From Eledone cirrhosa (lineage: Eukaryota): a DNA stretch of 64,000 bases. Location: NCBI GenBank assembly GCA_964016885.1, contig OZ024744.1, positions 132,494,001 to 132,558,000 of the forward strand, in the 5' to 3' direction. A model generated the notes under the pieces. That model was not told where the DNA came from and made no database searches. It saw nothing but the letters and a program-made list of their open reading frames with translations. Positions within the stretch are counted from its first letter, which is position 1, and every line of letters starts with the position of its first letter. Below, one piece after another: positions 1-12,600 of this stretch. Both the position numbers and the translations under genes were made by a program.

Positions 1-3000
1 GAAATCAGAAGTTAATATTTCGAAAAACGCAATTTGAAAAACTCATATTAATTTTTTTTCGAAAACATTATATAATCAATTTTTTAGAAATATTTATATC
101 TGATTTCAAATATTGATTTTTTTAGGTTTTTCGAAAACCCTATATAATCAATTTTTTTGTACTTTTAGAAATATCTATATCTGATTTCATGTATTGATTT
201 TTTTATATTTTTCGAAAAAGCTTAGATAATCAATTTTTTTAGGTCTTTCGAAAACATTATATAATCAATTTTTTTACGTTTTTAGAAAAACCTTATATAA
301 TCAATTTTTTTTAGGTTTTTCGAAAAACCTTATATAATCAATTTTTTTATGTTTTTTCGAAAAATCTTATATAATCAATTTTTTTACGTTTTTAGAAATA
401 TTTATATCTGATTTCAAATATTGATTTTTTTTAGATATTTCGAAATACCTTATATAATAAATTTTTTTTAGGTTTTTCAAATTACCTTATATAATCAATT
501 ATTTTTATCAGATTTCAAATATTGATTTTTTTTAGCTTTTTCGACAAAATCTTATATAATCAATTTTTTTTAGGTTTTTCGAAAAAGAATGAATTTGAGT
601 TCATAGTCGAAATATATACTTCTGCATTAATCTTTTTACGTTTTTTTGATTTTTTTTAAAAAAACGTAAAAAATTAATGCTTTTACAAATCTTTTGAAAT
701 ATTTACTTTCTAGTTTCAAATTTTGCAGATTAAATTTTTCTCGAAAAACCTAAAAAATCAGTTGTCGAAATCAGAAGTTAATATTTCGAAAAACGCAATT
801 TGAAAAACTCATTAATTTTTTTTCGAAAACATTATATAATCAATTTTTTAGAAATATTTATATCTGATTTCAAATATTGATTTTTTTAGGTTTTTCGAAA
901 ACCCTATATAATCAATTTTTTTGTACTTTTAGAAATATCTATATCTGATTTCATGTATTGATTTTTTTATATTTTTCGAAAAAGCTTAGATAATCAATTT
1001 TTTTAGGTCTTTCGAAAACATTATATAATCAATTTTTTTACGTTTTTAGAAAAACCTTATATAATCAATTTTTTTTAGGTTTTTCGAAAAACCTTATATA
1101 ATCAATTTTTTTATGTTTTTTCGAAAAATCTTATATAATCAATTTTTTTACGTTTTTAGAAATATTTATATCTAATTTCAAATATTGATTTTTTTTAGAT
1201 ATTTCGAAATACCTTATATAATCAATTTTTTTTAGGTTTTTCAAACTACCTTATATAATCAATTTTTTTTATCAGATTTCAAATATTGATTTTTTTTAGC
1301 TTTTTCGACAAAATCTTATATAATCAATTTTTTTTAGGTTTTTCGAAAAAGAATGAATTTGAGTTCATAGTCGAAATATATACTTCTGCATTAATCTTTT
1401 TACGTTTTTTTGATTTTTTTTAAAAAAACGTAAAAAATTAATGCTTTTACAAATCTTTTGAAATATTTACTTTCTAGTTTCAAATTTTGCAGATTAAATT
1501 TTTCTCGAAAAACCTAAAAAATCAGTTGTCGAAATCAGAAGTTAATATTTCGAAAAACGCAATTTGAAAAACTCATATTAATTTTTTTTCGAAAACATTA
1601 TATAATCAATTTTTTAGAAATATTTATATCTGATTTCAAATATTGATTTTTTTAGGTTTTTCGAAAACCCTATATAATCAATTTTTTTGTACTTTTAGAA
1701 ATATCTATATCTGATTTCATGTATTGATTTTTTTATATTTTTCGAAAAAGCTTAGATAATCAATTTTTTTACGTTTTTAGAAAAACCTTATATAATCAAT
1801 TTTTTTTAGGTTTTTCGAAAAACCTTATATAATCAATTTTTTTATGTTTTTTCGAAAAATCTTATATAATCAATTTTTTTACGTTTTTAGAAATATTTAT
1901 ATCTGATTTCAAATATTGATTTTTTTTAGATTTTTCGAAATACCTTATATAATCAATGTTTTTTAGGTTTTTCAAATTACCTTATATAATCAATTTTTTT
2001 TATCAGATTTCAAATATTGATTTTTTTTAGCTTTTTCGACAAAATCTTATATAATCAATTTTTTTTAGGTTTTTCGAAAAAGAATGAATTTGAGTTCATA
2101 GTCGAAATATATACTTCTGCATTAATCTTTTTACGTTTTTTTGATTTTTTTTAAAAAAACGTAAAAAATTAATGCTTTTACAAATCTTTTGAAATATTTA
2201 CTTTCTAGTTTCAAATTTTGCAGATTAAATTTTTCTCGAAAAACCTAAAAAATCAGTTGTCGAAATCAGAAGTTAATATTTCGAAAAACGCAATTTGAAA
2301 AACTCATATTAATTTTTTTTCGAAAACATTATATAATCAATTTTTTAGAAATATTTATATCTGATTTCAAATATTGATTTTTTTAGGTTTTTCGAAAACC
2401 CTATATAATCAATTTTTTTGTACTTTTAGAAATATCTATATCTGATTTCATGTATTGATTTTTTTATATTTTTCGAAAAAGCTTAGATAATCAATTTTTT
2501 TAGGTCTTTCGAAAACATTATATAATCAATTTTTTTACGTTTTTAGAAAAACCTTATATAATCAATTTTTTTTAGGTTTTTCGAAAAACCTTATATAATC
2601 AATTTTTTTATGTTTTTTCGAAAAATCTTATATAATCAATTTTTTTACGTTTTTAGAAATATTTATATCTGATTTCAAATATTGATTTTTTTTAGATATT
2701 TCGAAATACCTTATATAATAAATTTTTTTTAGGTTTTTCAAATTACCTTATATAATCAATTATTTTTATCAGATTTCAAATATTGATTTTTTTTAGCTTT
2801 TTCGACAAAATCTTATATAATCAATTTTTTTTAGGTTTTTCGAAAAAGAATGAATTTGAGTTCATAGTCGAAATATATACTTCTGCATTAATCTTTTTAC
2901 GTTTTTTTGATTTTTTTTAAAAAAACGTAAAAAATTAATGCTTTTACAAATCTTTTGAAGTATTTACTTTCTAGTTTCAAATTTTGCAGATTAAATTTTT

Positions 3001-6000
3001 CTCGAAAAACCTAAAAAATCAGTTGTCGAAATCAGAAGTTAATATTTCGAAAAACGCAATTTGAAAAACTCATATTAATTTTTTTTCGAAAACATTATAT
3101 AATCAATTTTTTAGAAATATTTATATCTGATTTCAAATATTGATTTTTTTAGGTTTTTCGAAAACCCTATATAATCAATTTTTTTGTACTTTTAGAAATA
3201 TCTATATCTGATTTCATGTATTGATTTTTTTATATTTTTCGAAAAAGCTTAGATAATCAATTTTTTTACGTTTTTAGAAAAACCTTATATAATCAATTTT
3301 TTTTAGGTTTTTCGAAAAACCTTATATAATCAATTTTTTTATGTTTTTTCGAAAAATCTTATATAATCAATTTTTTTACGTTTTTAGAAATATTTATATC
3401 TGATTTCAAATATTGATTTTTTTTAGATTTTTCGAAATACCTTATATAATCAATGTTTTTTAGGTTTTTCAAATTACCTTATATAATCAATTTTTTTTAT
3501 CAGATTTCAAATATTGATTTTTTTTAGCTTTTTCGACAAAATCTTATATAATCAATTTTTTTTAGGTTTTTCGAAAAAGAATGAATTTGAGTTCATAGTC
3601 GAAATATATACTTCTGCATTAATCTTTTTACGTTTTTTTGATTTTTTTTAAAAAAACGTAAAAAATTAATGCTTTTACAAATCTTTTGAAATATTTACTT
3701 TCTAGTTTCAAATTTTGCAGATTAAATTTTTCTCGAAAAACCTAAAAAATCAGTTGTCGAAATCAGAAGTTAATATTTCGAAAAACGCAATTTGAAAAAC
3801 TCATATTAATTTTTTTTCGAAAACATTATATAATCAATTTTTTAGAAATATTTATATCTGATTTCAAATATTAATCAATATTTTTAGGTTTTTCGAAAAC
3901 CCTATATAATCAATTTTTTTGTACTTTTAGAAATATCTATATCTGATTTCATGTATTGATTTTTTTATATTTTTCGAAAAAGCTTAGATAATCAATTTTT
4001 TTAGATCTTTCAAAAACATTATATAATCAATTTTTTTTTAGGTTTTTCGAAAAAACCTTATATAATCAATTCTTTTTAGGTTTTTTCGAAAAATCTTATA
4101 TAATCAATTTTTTTACGTTTTTAGAAAAACCTTATATAATCAATTTTTTTTAGATTTTTCAAAAAACCTTATATAATCAATTTTTTTTGTTTTTTTGAAA
4201 AATCTTATATAATCAATTTTTTTACGTTTTTAGAAATATTTATATCTGATTTCAAATATTGATTTTTTTTAGGTTTTTCGAATTACCTTATATAATCAAT
4301 TTTTTTTAGGTTTTTCGAAAAAGAATGAATTTGAGTTCATAGTCGAAATATATACTTCTGCATTAATCTTTTTACGTTTTTTTGAAAAAATTAATGCTTT
4401 TACAAATCTTTTGAAATATTTACTTTCTAGTTTCAAATTTTGCAGATTAAATTTTTCTCGAAAAACCTAAAAAATCAGTTGTCGAAATCAGAAGTTAATA
4501 TTTCGTAAAACGCAATTTGAAAAACTCATTAATTTTTTTTCGAAAACTTATTATATAATCAATTTTTTTATACCTTTAGAAATATTTATATCTGATTTCA
4601 AATATTGATTTTTTTAGGTTTTTCGAAAACCCTATATAATCAATTTTTTTGTACTTTTAGAAATATCTATATCTGATTTCATGTATTGATTTTTTTATAT
4701 TTTTCGAAAAAGCTTAGATAATCAATTTTTTTAGGTTTTTCGAAAAATCTTATATAATCAATTTTTTTACGTTTTTAGAAATATTTATATCTGATTTCAA
4801 ATATTGATTTTTTTTAGATTTTTCGAAATACCTTATATAATCAATGTTTTTTAGGTTTTTCAAATTACCTTATATAATCAATTTTTTTTATCAGATTTCA
4901 AATATTGATTTTTTTTAGCTTTTTCGACAAAATCTTATATAATCAATTTTTTTTAGGTTTTTCGAAAAAGAATGAATTTGAGTTCATAGTCGAAATATAT
5001 ACTTCTGCATTAATCTTTTTACGTTTTTTTGATTTTTTTTAAAAAAACGTAAAAAATTAATGCTTTTACAAATCTTTTGAAATATTTACTTTCTAGTTTC
5101 AAATTTTGCAGATTAAATTTTTCTCGAAAAACCTAAAAAATCAGTTGTCGAAATCAGAAGTTAATATTTCGAAAAACGCAATTTGAAAAACTCATATTAA
5201 TTTTTTTTCGAAAACATTATATAATCAATTTTTTAGAAATATTTATATCTGATTTCAAATATTGATTTTTTTAGGTTTTTCGAAAACCCTATATAATCAA
5301 TTTTTTTGTACTTTTAGAAATATCTATATCTGATTTCATGTATTGATTTTTTTATATTTTTCGAAAAAGCTTAGATAATCAATTTTTTTAGGTCTTTCGA
5401 AAACATTATATAATCAATTTTTTTACGTTTTTAGAAAAACCTTATATAATCAATTTTTTTTAGGTTTTTCGAAAAACCTTATATAATCAATTTTTTTATG
5501 TTTTTTCGAAAAATCTTATATAATCAATTTTTTTACGTTTTTAGAAATATTTATATCTGATTTCAAATATTGATTTTTTTTAGATATTTCGAAATACCTT
5601 ATATAATAAATTTTTTTTAGGTTTTTCAAATTACCTTATATAATCAATTATTTTTATCAGATTTCAAATATTGATTTTTTTTAGCTTTTTCGACAAAATC
5701 TTATATAATCAATTTTTTTTAGGTTTTTCGAAAAAGAATGAATTTGAGTTCATAGTCGAAATATATCTGCATTAATCTTTTTACGTTTTTTTGATTTTTT
5801 TTAAAAAAACGTAAAAAATTAATGCTTTTACAAATCTTTTGAAATATTTACTTTCTAGTTTCAAATTTTGCAGATTAAATTTTTCTCGAAAAACCTAAAA
5901 AATCAGTTGTCGAAATCAGAAGTTAATATTTCGAAAAACGCAATTTGAAAAACTCATATTAATTTTTTTTCGAAAACATTATATAATCAATTTTTTAGAA

Positions 6001-7801
6001 ATATTTATATCTGATTTCAAATATTGATTTTTTTAGGTTTTTCGAAAACCCTATATAATCAATTTTTTTGTACTTTTAGAAATATCTATATCTGATTTCA
6101 TGTATTGATTTTTTTATATTTTTCGAAAAAGCTTAGATAATCAATTTTTTTAGGTCTTTCGAAAACATTATATAATCAATTTTTTTACGTTTTTAGAAAA
6201 ACCTTATATAATCAATTTTTTTTAGGTTTTTCGAAAAACCTTATATAATCAATTTTTTTATGTTTTTTCGAAAAATCTTATATAATCAATTTTTTTACGT
6301 TTTTAGAAATATTTATATCTGATTTCAAATATTGATTTTTTTTAGATATTTCGAAATACCTTATATAATCAATTTTTTTTTAGGTTTTTCAAACTACCTT
6401 ATATAATCAATTTTTTTTATCAGATTTCAAATATTGATTTTTTTTAGCTTTTTCGACAAAATCTTATATAATCAATTTTTTTTAGGTTTTTCGAAAAAGA
6501 ATGAATTTGAGTTCATAGTCGAAATATATACTTCTGCATTAATCTTTTTACGTTTTTTTGATTTTTTTTAAAAAAACGTAAAAAATTAATGCTTTTACAA
6601 ATCTTTTGAAATATTTACTTTCTAGTTTCAAATTTTGCAGATTAAATTTTTCTCGAAAAACCTAAAAAATCAGTTGTCGAAATCAGAAGTTAATATTTCG
6701 AAAAACGCAATTTGAAAAACTCATATTAATTTTTTTTCGAAAACATTATATAATCAATTTTTTAGAAATATTTATATCTGATTTCAAATATTGATTTTTT
6801 TGTACTTTTAGAAATATCTATATCTGATTTCATGTATTGATTTTTTTATATTTTTCGAAAAATCTTATATAATCAATTTTTTTACGTTTTTAGAAAAACC
6901 TTATATAATCAATTTTTTTTAGGTTTTTCGAAAAACCTTATATAATCAATTTTTTTATGTTTTTTCGAAAAATCTTATATAATCAATTTTTTTACGTTTT
7001 TAGAAATATTTATATCTGATTTCAAATATTGATTTTTTTTAGATTTTTCGAAATACCTTATATAATCAATTTTTTTTAGGTTTTTCAAATCACCTTATAT
7101 AATCAATTTTTTTTATCTGATTTCAAATATTGATTTTTTTAGCTTTTTCGACAAAATCTTATATAATCAATTTTTTTTAGGTTTTTCGAAAAAGAATGAA
7201 TTTGAGTTCATAGTCGAAATATATACTTCTGCATTAATCTTTTTACGTTTTTTTGAAAAAATTAATGCTTTTACAAATCTTTTGAAATATTTACTTTCTA
7301 GTTTCAAATTTTGCAGATTAAATTTTTCTCGAAAAACCTAAAAAATCAGTTGTCGAAATCAGAAGTTAATATTTCGTAAAACGCAATTTGAAAAACTCAT
7401 ATTAATTTTTTTTCGAAAACTTATTATATAATCAATTTTTTTATACTTTTAGAAATATTTATATCTGATTTCAAATATTGATTTTTTTAGGTTTTTCGAA
7501 AACCCTATATAATCAATTTTTTTGTACTTTTAGAAATATCTATATCTGATTTCATGTATTGATTTTTTTATATTTTTCGAAAAAGCTTAGATAATCAATT
7601 TTTTTAGGTCTTTCGAAAACCTTATATAATCAATTTTTTTTTAGGTTTTTCGAAAAGACCTTATATAATCAATTTTTTTTAGGTTTTTTCGAAAAATCTT
7701 ACATAATCAATTTTTTTACGTTTTTAGAAATATTTATATCTGATTTCAAATATTGATTTTTTTTAGATTTTTCGAAATACCTTATTTTTAGGTTTTTCAA
7801 G
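1..7801. repeat. Satellite A array 1 (AT-rich complex satellite, 10 full monomers of 666-767 bp plus a partial)
   Basis: Marker GAAATCAGAAGTTAATATTTCG recurs at 1, 767, 1531, 2262, 3028, 3759, 4484, 5150, 5912, 6679, 7355. Each monomer is several ~35-36 bp subrepeats (AGGTTTTTCGAAAAACCTTATATAATCAA-T7-8), interspersed AGAAATATTTATATCTGATTTCAAATATTGAT units, and one ~230 bp once-per-monomer segment starting GAATGAATTTGAGTTCATAGTCG. Confidence 0.97.
624..680. repeat. Inverted repeat in the satellite A monomer (23-bp stem, one bulge); present in most monomers
   Basis: GCATTAAT(C)TTTTTACGTTTTTTT - GATTTTTTTT - AAAAAAACGTAAAAAATTAATGC. Confidence 0.9.
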
Positions 7802-7997
7802 TTACCCCGACTTAACCCCGACTTAACTTAACCCCAACTTAACTTAACCCCAACTTAACTTAACCCCAACTTAACTTAACCCCAACTTGACTTAACCCCA
7901 ACATAACTCACACCCAACTTAACTTACCCCCAACTTAACTTAACCCCAACTTGACTTAACCCCAACTTAACTTAACCCCAACTTAACTTAACGCCAA
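7802..7997 (-). repeat. Inverted 16-mer cassette (leading type)
   Basis: (CCCCAACTTAACTTAA)n from the A junction to ACGCCAAAGTCGGAG. Confidence 0.93.
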
Positions 7998-8386
7998 AGT
8001 CGGAGTTAAGTTAAGTTGGGGTTAAGCTAAGTTGGGGGTAAGTTAAGTTGGGGGTAAGTTAAATTGGGGTTAAGTTAAGTTGGGGTTAAGTTAGGGTTAA
8101 GTTAAGTTGGGTATAAGTTAAGTTGGGGTTGAGTGAAGTTGGGGTTAAGTTAAGTTGGGGTTAAGTTAAGTTAGGGTTAATTTAAGTTGGGGTTAAGTTA
8201 AGTTGGGGTTAACTTAAGTTGGGGTTAAGTTAAGTTGGGGTTAATTTAGGTTGGGGTTAAGTTAAGTTGGGGTTAAGATAAGTTGGGGTTAAGTTAAATT
8301 GAGATTAAGTTAACTTGGGTTTGAGTTAAGTTGGGGATAAGTTAAGTGGTGGTTATGTTAAGTTGGGGTTAAGTTAAGTTGGGGTT

Positions 8387-8731
8387 AACCCCAACTTAAC
8401 TTAACCCCAACTTAACTTAACCCCAACTTCACTCAACCCCAACTTAAATTAACCCCAACTTCACTCAACCCCAACTTAACTCAACCCCAACTTAAATTAA
8501 CCCCAACTTAACTTAACCCTGACTTAACTTAACCCCGACTTAACTTCACCCCGACTTAACTTAACCCCAACTTAACTTAAACCCCAACTTAACTTAACCC
8601 CAACTTAACTTAACCCCAACTTGACTTAACCCCAACTTAACTCACACCCAACTTAACTTACCCCCAACTTAACTTAACCACAACTTGACGTAAACCCAAC
8701 TTAACTTAACCCCAACTTAACTTAACCCCAA
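8387..8731 (-). repeat. Inverted 16-mer cassette (type with CCCTGAC, GACGTAAAC)
   Basis: Opens GGGGTT|AACCCC, closes CCAAAGTCGGAG. Confidence 0.93.
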
Positions 8732-9358
8732 AGTCGGAGTTCAGTTAAGTTGGGGTTCAGTTAAGTTAGGCTTAACTTAAGTTGGGGTTAAGTTAAGTTG
8801 GGGGTAAGTTAAGTTGGGGGTAAGTTAAGTTGGGGTTAAGTTAAGTTGGGGTTAAGTTGGGGTTAAGTTAAGTTAGGGTTAAGTTAAGTTGGGGTTGAGT
8901 TAAGTTGGGGTTAAGTTAAGTGGTGGTTATGTTAAGTTGGGGTTAAGTTAAGTTGGGGTTAAATTAAGTGGGGTTAACTTAAGTTGGGTGTAAGTTAAGT
9001 TGGGGTTGAGTGAAGTTGGGGTTAAGTTAAGTTGGGGTTAAGTTAAGTTAGGGTTAATTTAAGTTGGGGTTATGTTAAGTTGGTGTTAAGTTAAGTTGGG
9101 GTTAAGTCGAGTTGGGGTTAAGTTAAGTTGGGGTTAAGTTAAATTGGTGTTAAGTTAAGTTGGGGTTAAGTTAAGTTGGGGTTAGTTAAGTTGAGTTTAA
9201 GTTAAGTTGGGGTTAATTTAAGTTGGGGTTAAGTTAAGTTGGGGTTGAGTTAAGTTGTGGTTAAGTTAAGTTGGGGTTAGGTTAAGTTGGGGTTAAGTTA
9301 AGCTGGGGTTAAATTAAGTTGGGGTTAAGTTAAGTTGGGGTTAGGTTAAGTTGGGGTT

Positions 9359-9628
9359 AACCCCAACTTCACTCAACCCCAACTTAACTTAACCCCAACT
9401 TCACTCAACCCCAACTTAACTCAACCCCAACTTAACTTAACCCCAACTTAACTTAACCCTAACTTAACTTAACCCCGACTTAAACTTAACCCCGACTTAA
9501 CTTAACCCCAACTTAACTTAACCCCAACTTAATTTAACCCCAACTTAACTTAATCCCAACTTGACTTAACCCCAACTTAACTCACACCCAACTTAACTTA
9601 CCCCCAACTTAACTTAACTTAACCCCAA
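9359..9628 (-). repeat. Inverted 16-mer cassette (type with CCCTAAC, AATCCC)
   Basis: Opens GGGGTT|AACCCC, closes CCAAAGTCGGAG. Confidence 0.93.
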
Positions 9629-12600
9629 AGTCGGAGTTAAGTTAAGTTGGGGTTAAGTTAAGTTAGGCTTAACTTAAGTTGGGGTTAAGTTAAGTTGGGG
9701 GTAAGTTAAGTTGGGGGTAAGTTAAGTTGGGGTTAAGTTAAGTTGGGGTTAAGATAAGTGGTGGTTATGTTAAGTTGAGGTTAAGTTAAGTTAGGGTTAA
9801 ATTAAGTTGGGGTTAAGTTAAGTTGGGTGTAAGTTAAGTTGGGGTTGAGTGAAGTTGGGGTTAAGTTAAGTTGGGGTTAAGTAGAGTTGGGGTTAAGTTA
9901 AGTTGGGGTTAAGTTAAGTTGGTGTTAAGTTGGGGTTAAGTTAAGTTGGGGTTAAGTTGGGGTTAAGTTAAGTGGTGGTTATGTTAAGTTGGGGTTAACT
10001 TAAGTTGGGGTTAATTTAAATTGGGGTTAAGTTAACTTTGTGGTTAAGTTAAGTTGGGGTTAAGTTAAGTTGGGGTTAAATTAAGTTGGGGTTGAGTGAA
10101 GTTGGGGTTAAGTTAAGTTGGGGTTAAGTTAAGTTGGGGTTAACTTAAGTTGGGTTTAAGTTAAGTTGCGGTTAAGTTAAGTTGGGGTTAAGTTAAGTTG
10201 GGGTTAATTTAAGTCGGGGTTAATTTAAGTTGGGGTTGAGTTAAGTTGGGGTTAATTTAAGTTGAGGTTATGTTAAGTTGGGGTTAATTTAAGTTGGGGT
10301 TAAGTTAAGTTGGGGTTAAGTTAAGTTGGGGTTAATTTAAGTTGGGATTAAGTTCAGTTGGGGTTAAATTAAGTTGGGGTTAAGTTAAGCTGGGGTTAAA
10401 TTAAGTTGGGGTTAAGTTAAGTTGGGGTTAAGTTAAGTTGGGGTTAAGTTAAGTTAGGGTTAATTTAAGTTGGGGTTATGTTAAGTTGGGGTTAAGTTAA
10501 GTTGGGGTTAAGTCGAGTTGGGGTTAAGTTAAGTTGGGGTTAGTTAAGTTGAGTTTAAGTTAAGTTGGGGTTAATTTAAGTTGGGGTTAAGTTAAGTTGG
10601 GGTTCAGTTAAGTTGGGGTTAAGTTAAGTTGGTTTAAGTTAAGTTGGGGTTAGGTTAAGTTGGGGATAAGTTAAGTTGGGGATAAGGTAAGTTGGGGTTA
10701 AGTTAAGTTGGGTTTAAGTTAAGTTGGGGTTAAGTTAAGTTAGGCTTAACTTAAGTTGGGGTTAAGTTAAGTTGGGGGTAAATTAAGTTGGGGGTTAGTT
10801 AAGTTGGGGTTAAGTTAAGTTGGGGTTAAGTTAAGTGGTGGTTATGTTAAGTTGGGGTTAAGTTAAGTTGGGGTTAAATTAAGTTGGGGTTAAGTTATGT
10901 TGGGTGTAAGTTAAGTTGGGGTTGAGTGAAGTTGGGGTTAAGTTAAGTTGGGGTTAAGTTAAGTTAGGGTTAATTTAAGTTGGGGTTATGTTAAGTTGGG
11001 GTTAAGTTAAGTTGGGGTTAAGTAGAGTTGGGGTTAAGTTAAGTTGGGGTTAAGTTAAGTTGGTGTTAAGTTGGGGTTAAGTTAAGTTGGGGTTAAGTTA
11101 AGTCGGAGTTAAGTTAAGTTGGGGTTGAGTTAAGTTGGGGTTAATTTAAGTTGAGGTTATGTTAAGTTGGGGTTAATTTAAGTTGGGGTTAATTTAAGTT
11201 GGGGTTAAGTTAAGTTGGGGTTAAGTTGAGGTTAAGTTAAGTTGTGGTTAAGTTAAGTTGGGGCTAAGTTAAGTTGGGGCTAAGTTAAGTTGGGGCTAAG
11301 TTAAGTTGGGGTTAAGTTAAGTTGGGGTTAAGTTAAGTTGGGTTTAATTTAAGTTGGGGTCAACTTAAGTTGGGGTTAAGTTGAGTTGGGGTTAAATTAA
11401 GTTGGGGTTAATTTAAGTTGGGGCTAAGTTAAGTTGGGGCTGAGTTAAGTTGGGGTTAAGTTAAGTTGGGGTTAAGTTAAGTTGGGGTTAAGTTAATTTT
11501 GGGTTAAGTTAAGTTGTGTTTCAGTTAAGTTGGGGTTAAGTTAAGTTTGGGTTAATTTGGGGTTAAATTAAGTTGGGGTTAAGTTAAGTTGGGGTTAAGT
11601 TAAGTTGGGGTTAAGTTAAGTTGGGGTTAATTTAAGTTGGGGTTAAGTTAAGTCGGGGTTAAGTTAAGTCGGTGTTAAGTTAAGTTAGGGTTAAGTTAAG
11701 TTGGGGTTAAGTTAAGTTGGCTTTAAGTTAAGCTGGGGTTAAGTTAAGTTGGGGTTAAATTAAGTTGGGGTTAAGTTAAGTTGGGGTTAGGTTAAGTTTG
11801 GGTTAGGTTAAGTTGGGGTTAAATTAAGTTGGGGTTAAGTTAAGTTGGGGTTAAGTTAAGTTGGGGTTAGGTTAAGTTGGGGATAAGTTAAGTTGGGGAT
11901 AATTTAAGTTGGGGTTAAGTTAAGTTGGGTTTAAGTTAAGCTGGGGTTAAGTTAAGTTGGGGTTAAATTAAGTTGGGGTTAAGTTAAGTTGGGGTTAAGT
12001 TAAATTTGGGTTAGGTTAAGTTGGGGATTAGTTAAGTTGGGGATAAGTTAAGTTGGGGTTAAGTTAAGTTGGGTTTAAGTTAAGTTGTGGTTAAGTTAAG
12101 TTGGGGTTAAGTTAAGTTGGGGGTTAAGTTAAGTTGGGGTTAGGTTAAGTTGGGGATAAGTTAAGTTGGGGATAATTTAAGTTGGGGTTAAGTTAAGTTG
12201 GGTTTAAGTTAAGCTGGGGTTAAGTTAAGTTGGGGTTAAATTAAGTTGGGTTTAAGTTAAGTTGGGGTTAAGTTAAGTCGGGGTTAAGTTAAGTTGGGGT
12301 TGAGTTAAGTTGGGGTTATTTTAAGTTGAGGTTATGTTAAGTTGGGGTTAATTTAAGTTGGGGTTAAGTTAAGTTGGGGTTAATTTAAGTTGGGGTTAAG
12401 TTCAGTTGGGGTTAATTTAAGTTGGGGTTAAGTTAAGTTGGGTTTAAGTTAAGTTGGGGTTAAGTTAAGTTGGGGTTAAGTTAAGTTGGGTTTAAGTTAA
12501 GTTGGGGCTAAGTTAAGTTGGGTCTAATTTGAGTTGGGGTTAAGTTAAGTTGGGGTTAAGTTAAGTTGAGGTTAAATTAAGTTGGGGTTAATTAAGTTGG

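Noticed and set aside
320-340. TATATAA / TATAAT as promoter boxes
   Set aside because: Part of every subrepeat in very AT-rich DNA, with no downstream gene.
624-714. Helitron-like 3' end (hairpin followed by CTAG-T) suggesting tandem non-autonomous Helitrons
   Set aside because: The hairpin is AT-rich and ~29 bp from CTAG, rather than GC-rich and about a dozen bp away. There is no clear 5' TC terminus and no dispersed copy visible here. A genome-wide search for isolated monomers ending at CTAG would be needed to revive this idea.
1-7801. CRISPR-like appearance (palindromic ~36-bp repeats)
   Set aside because: No unique spacers, the repeats are contiguous and degenerate, and there are no cas genes.
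11101-11110. GTCGGAG as an additional inversion scar (also ~30928, ~32128, ~32726)
   Set aside because: No strand switch and no CCAAA. Paralogous positions (~17520, ~40488) read GTCGGGG, so it is a point variant.
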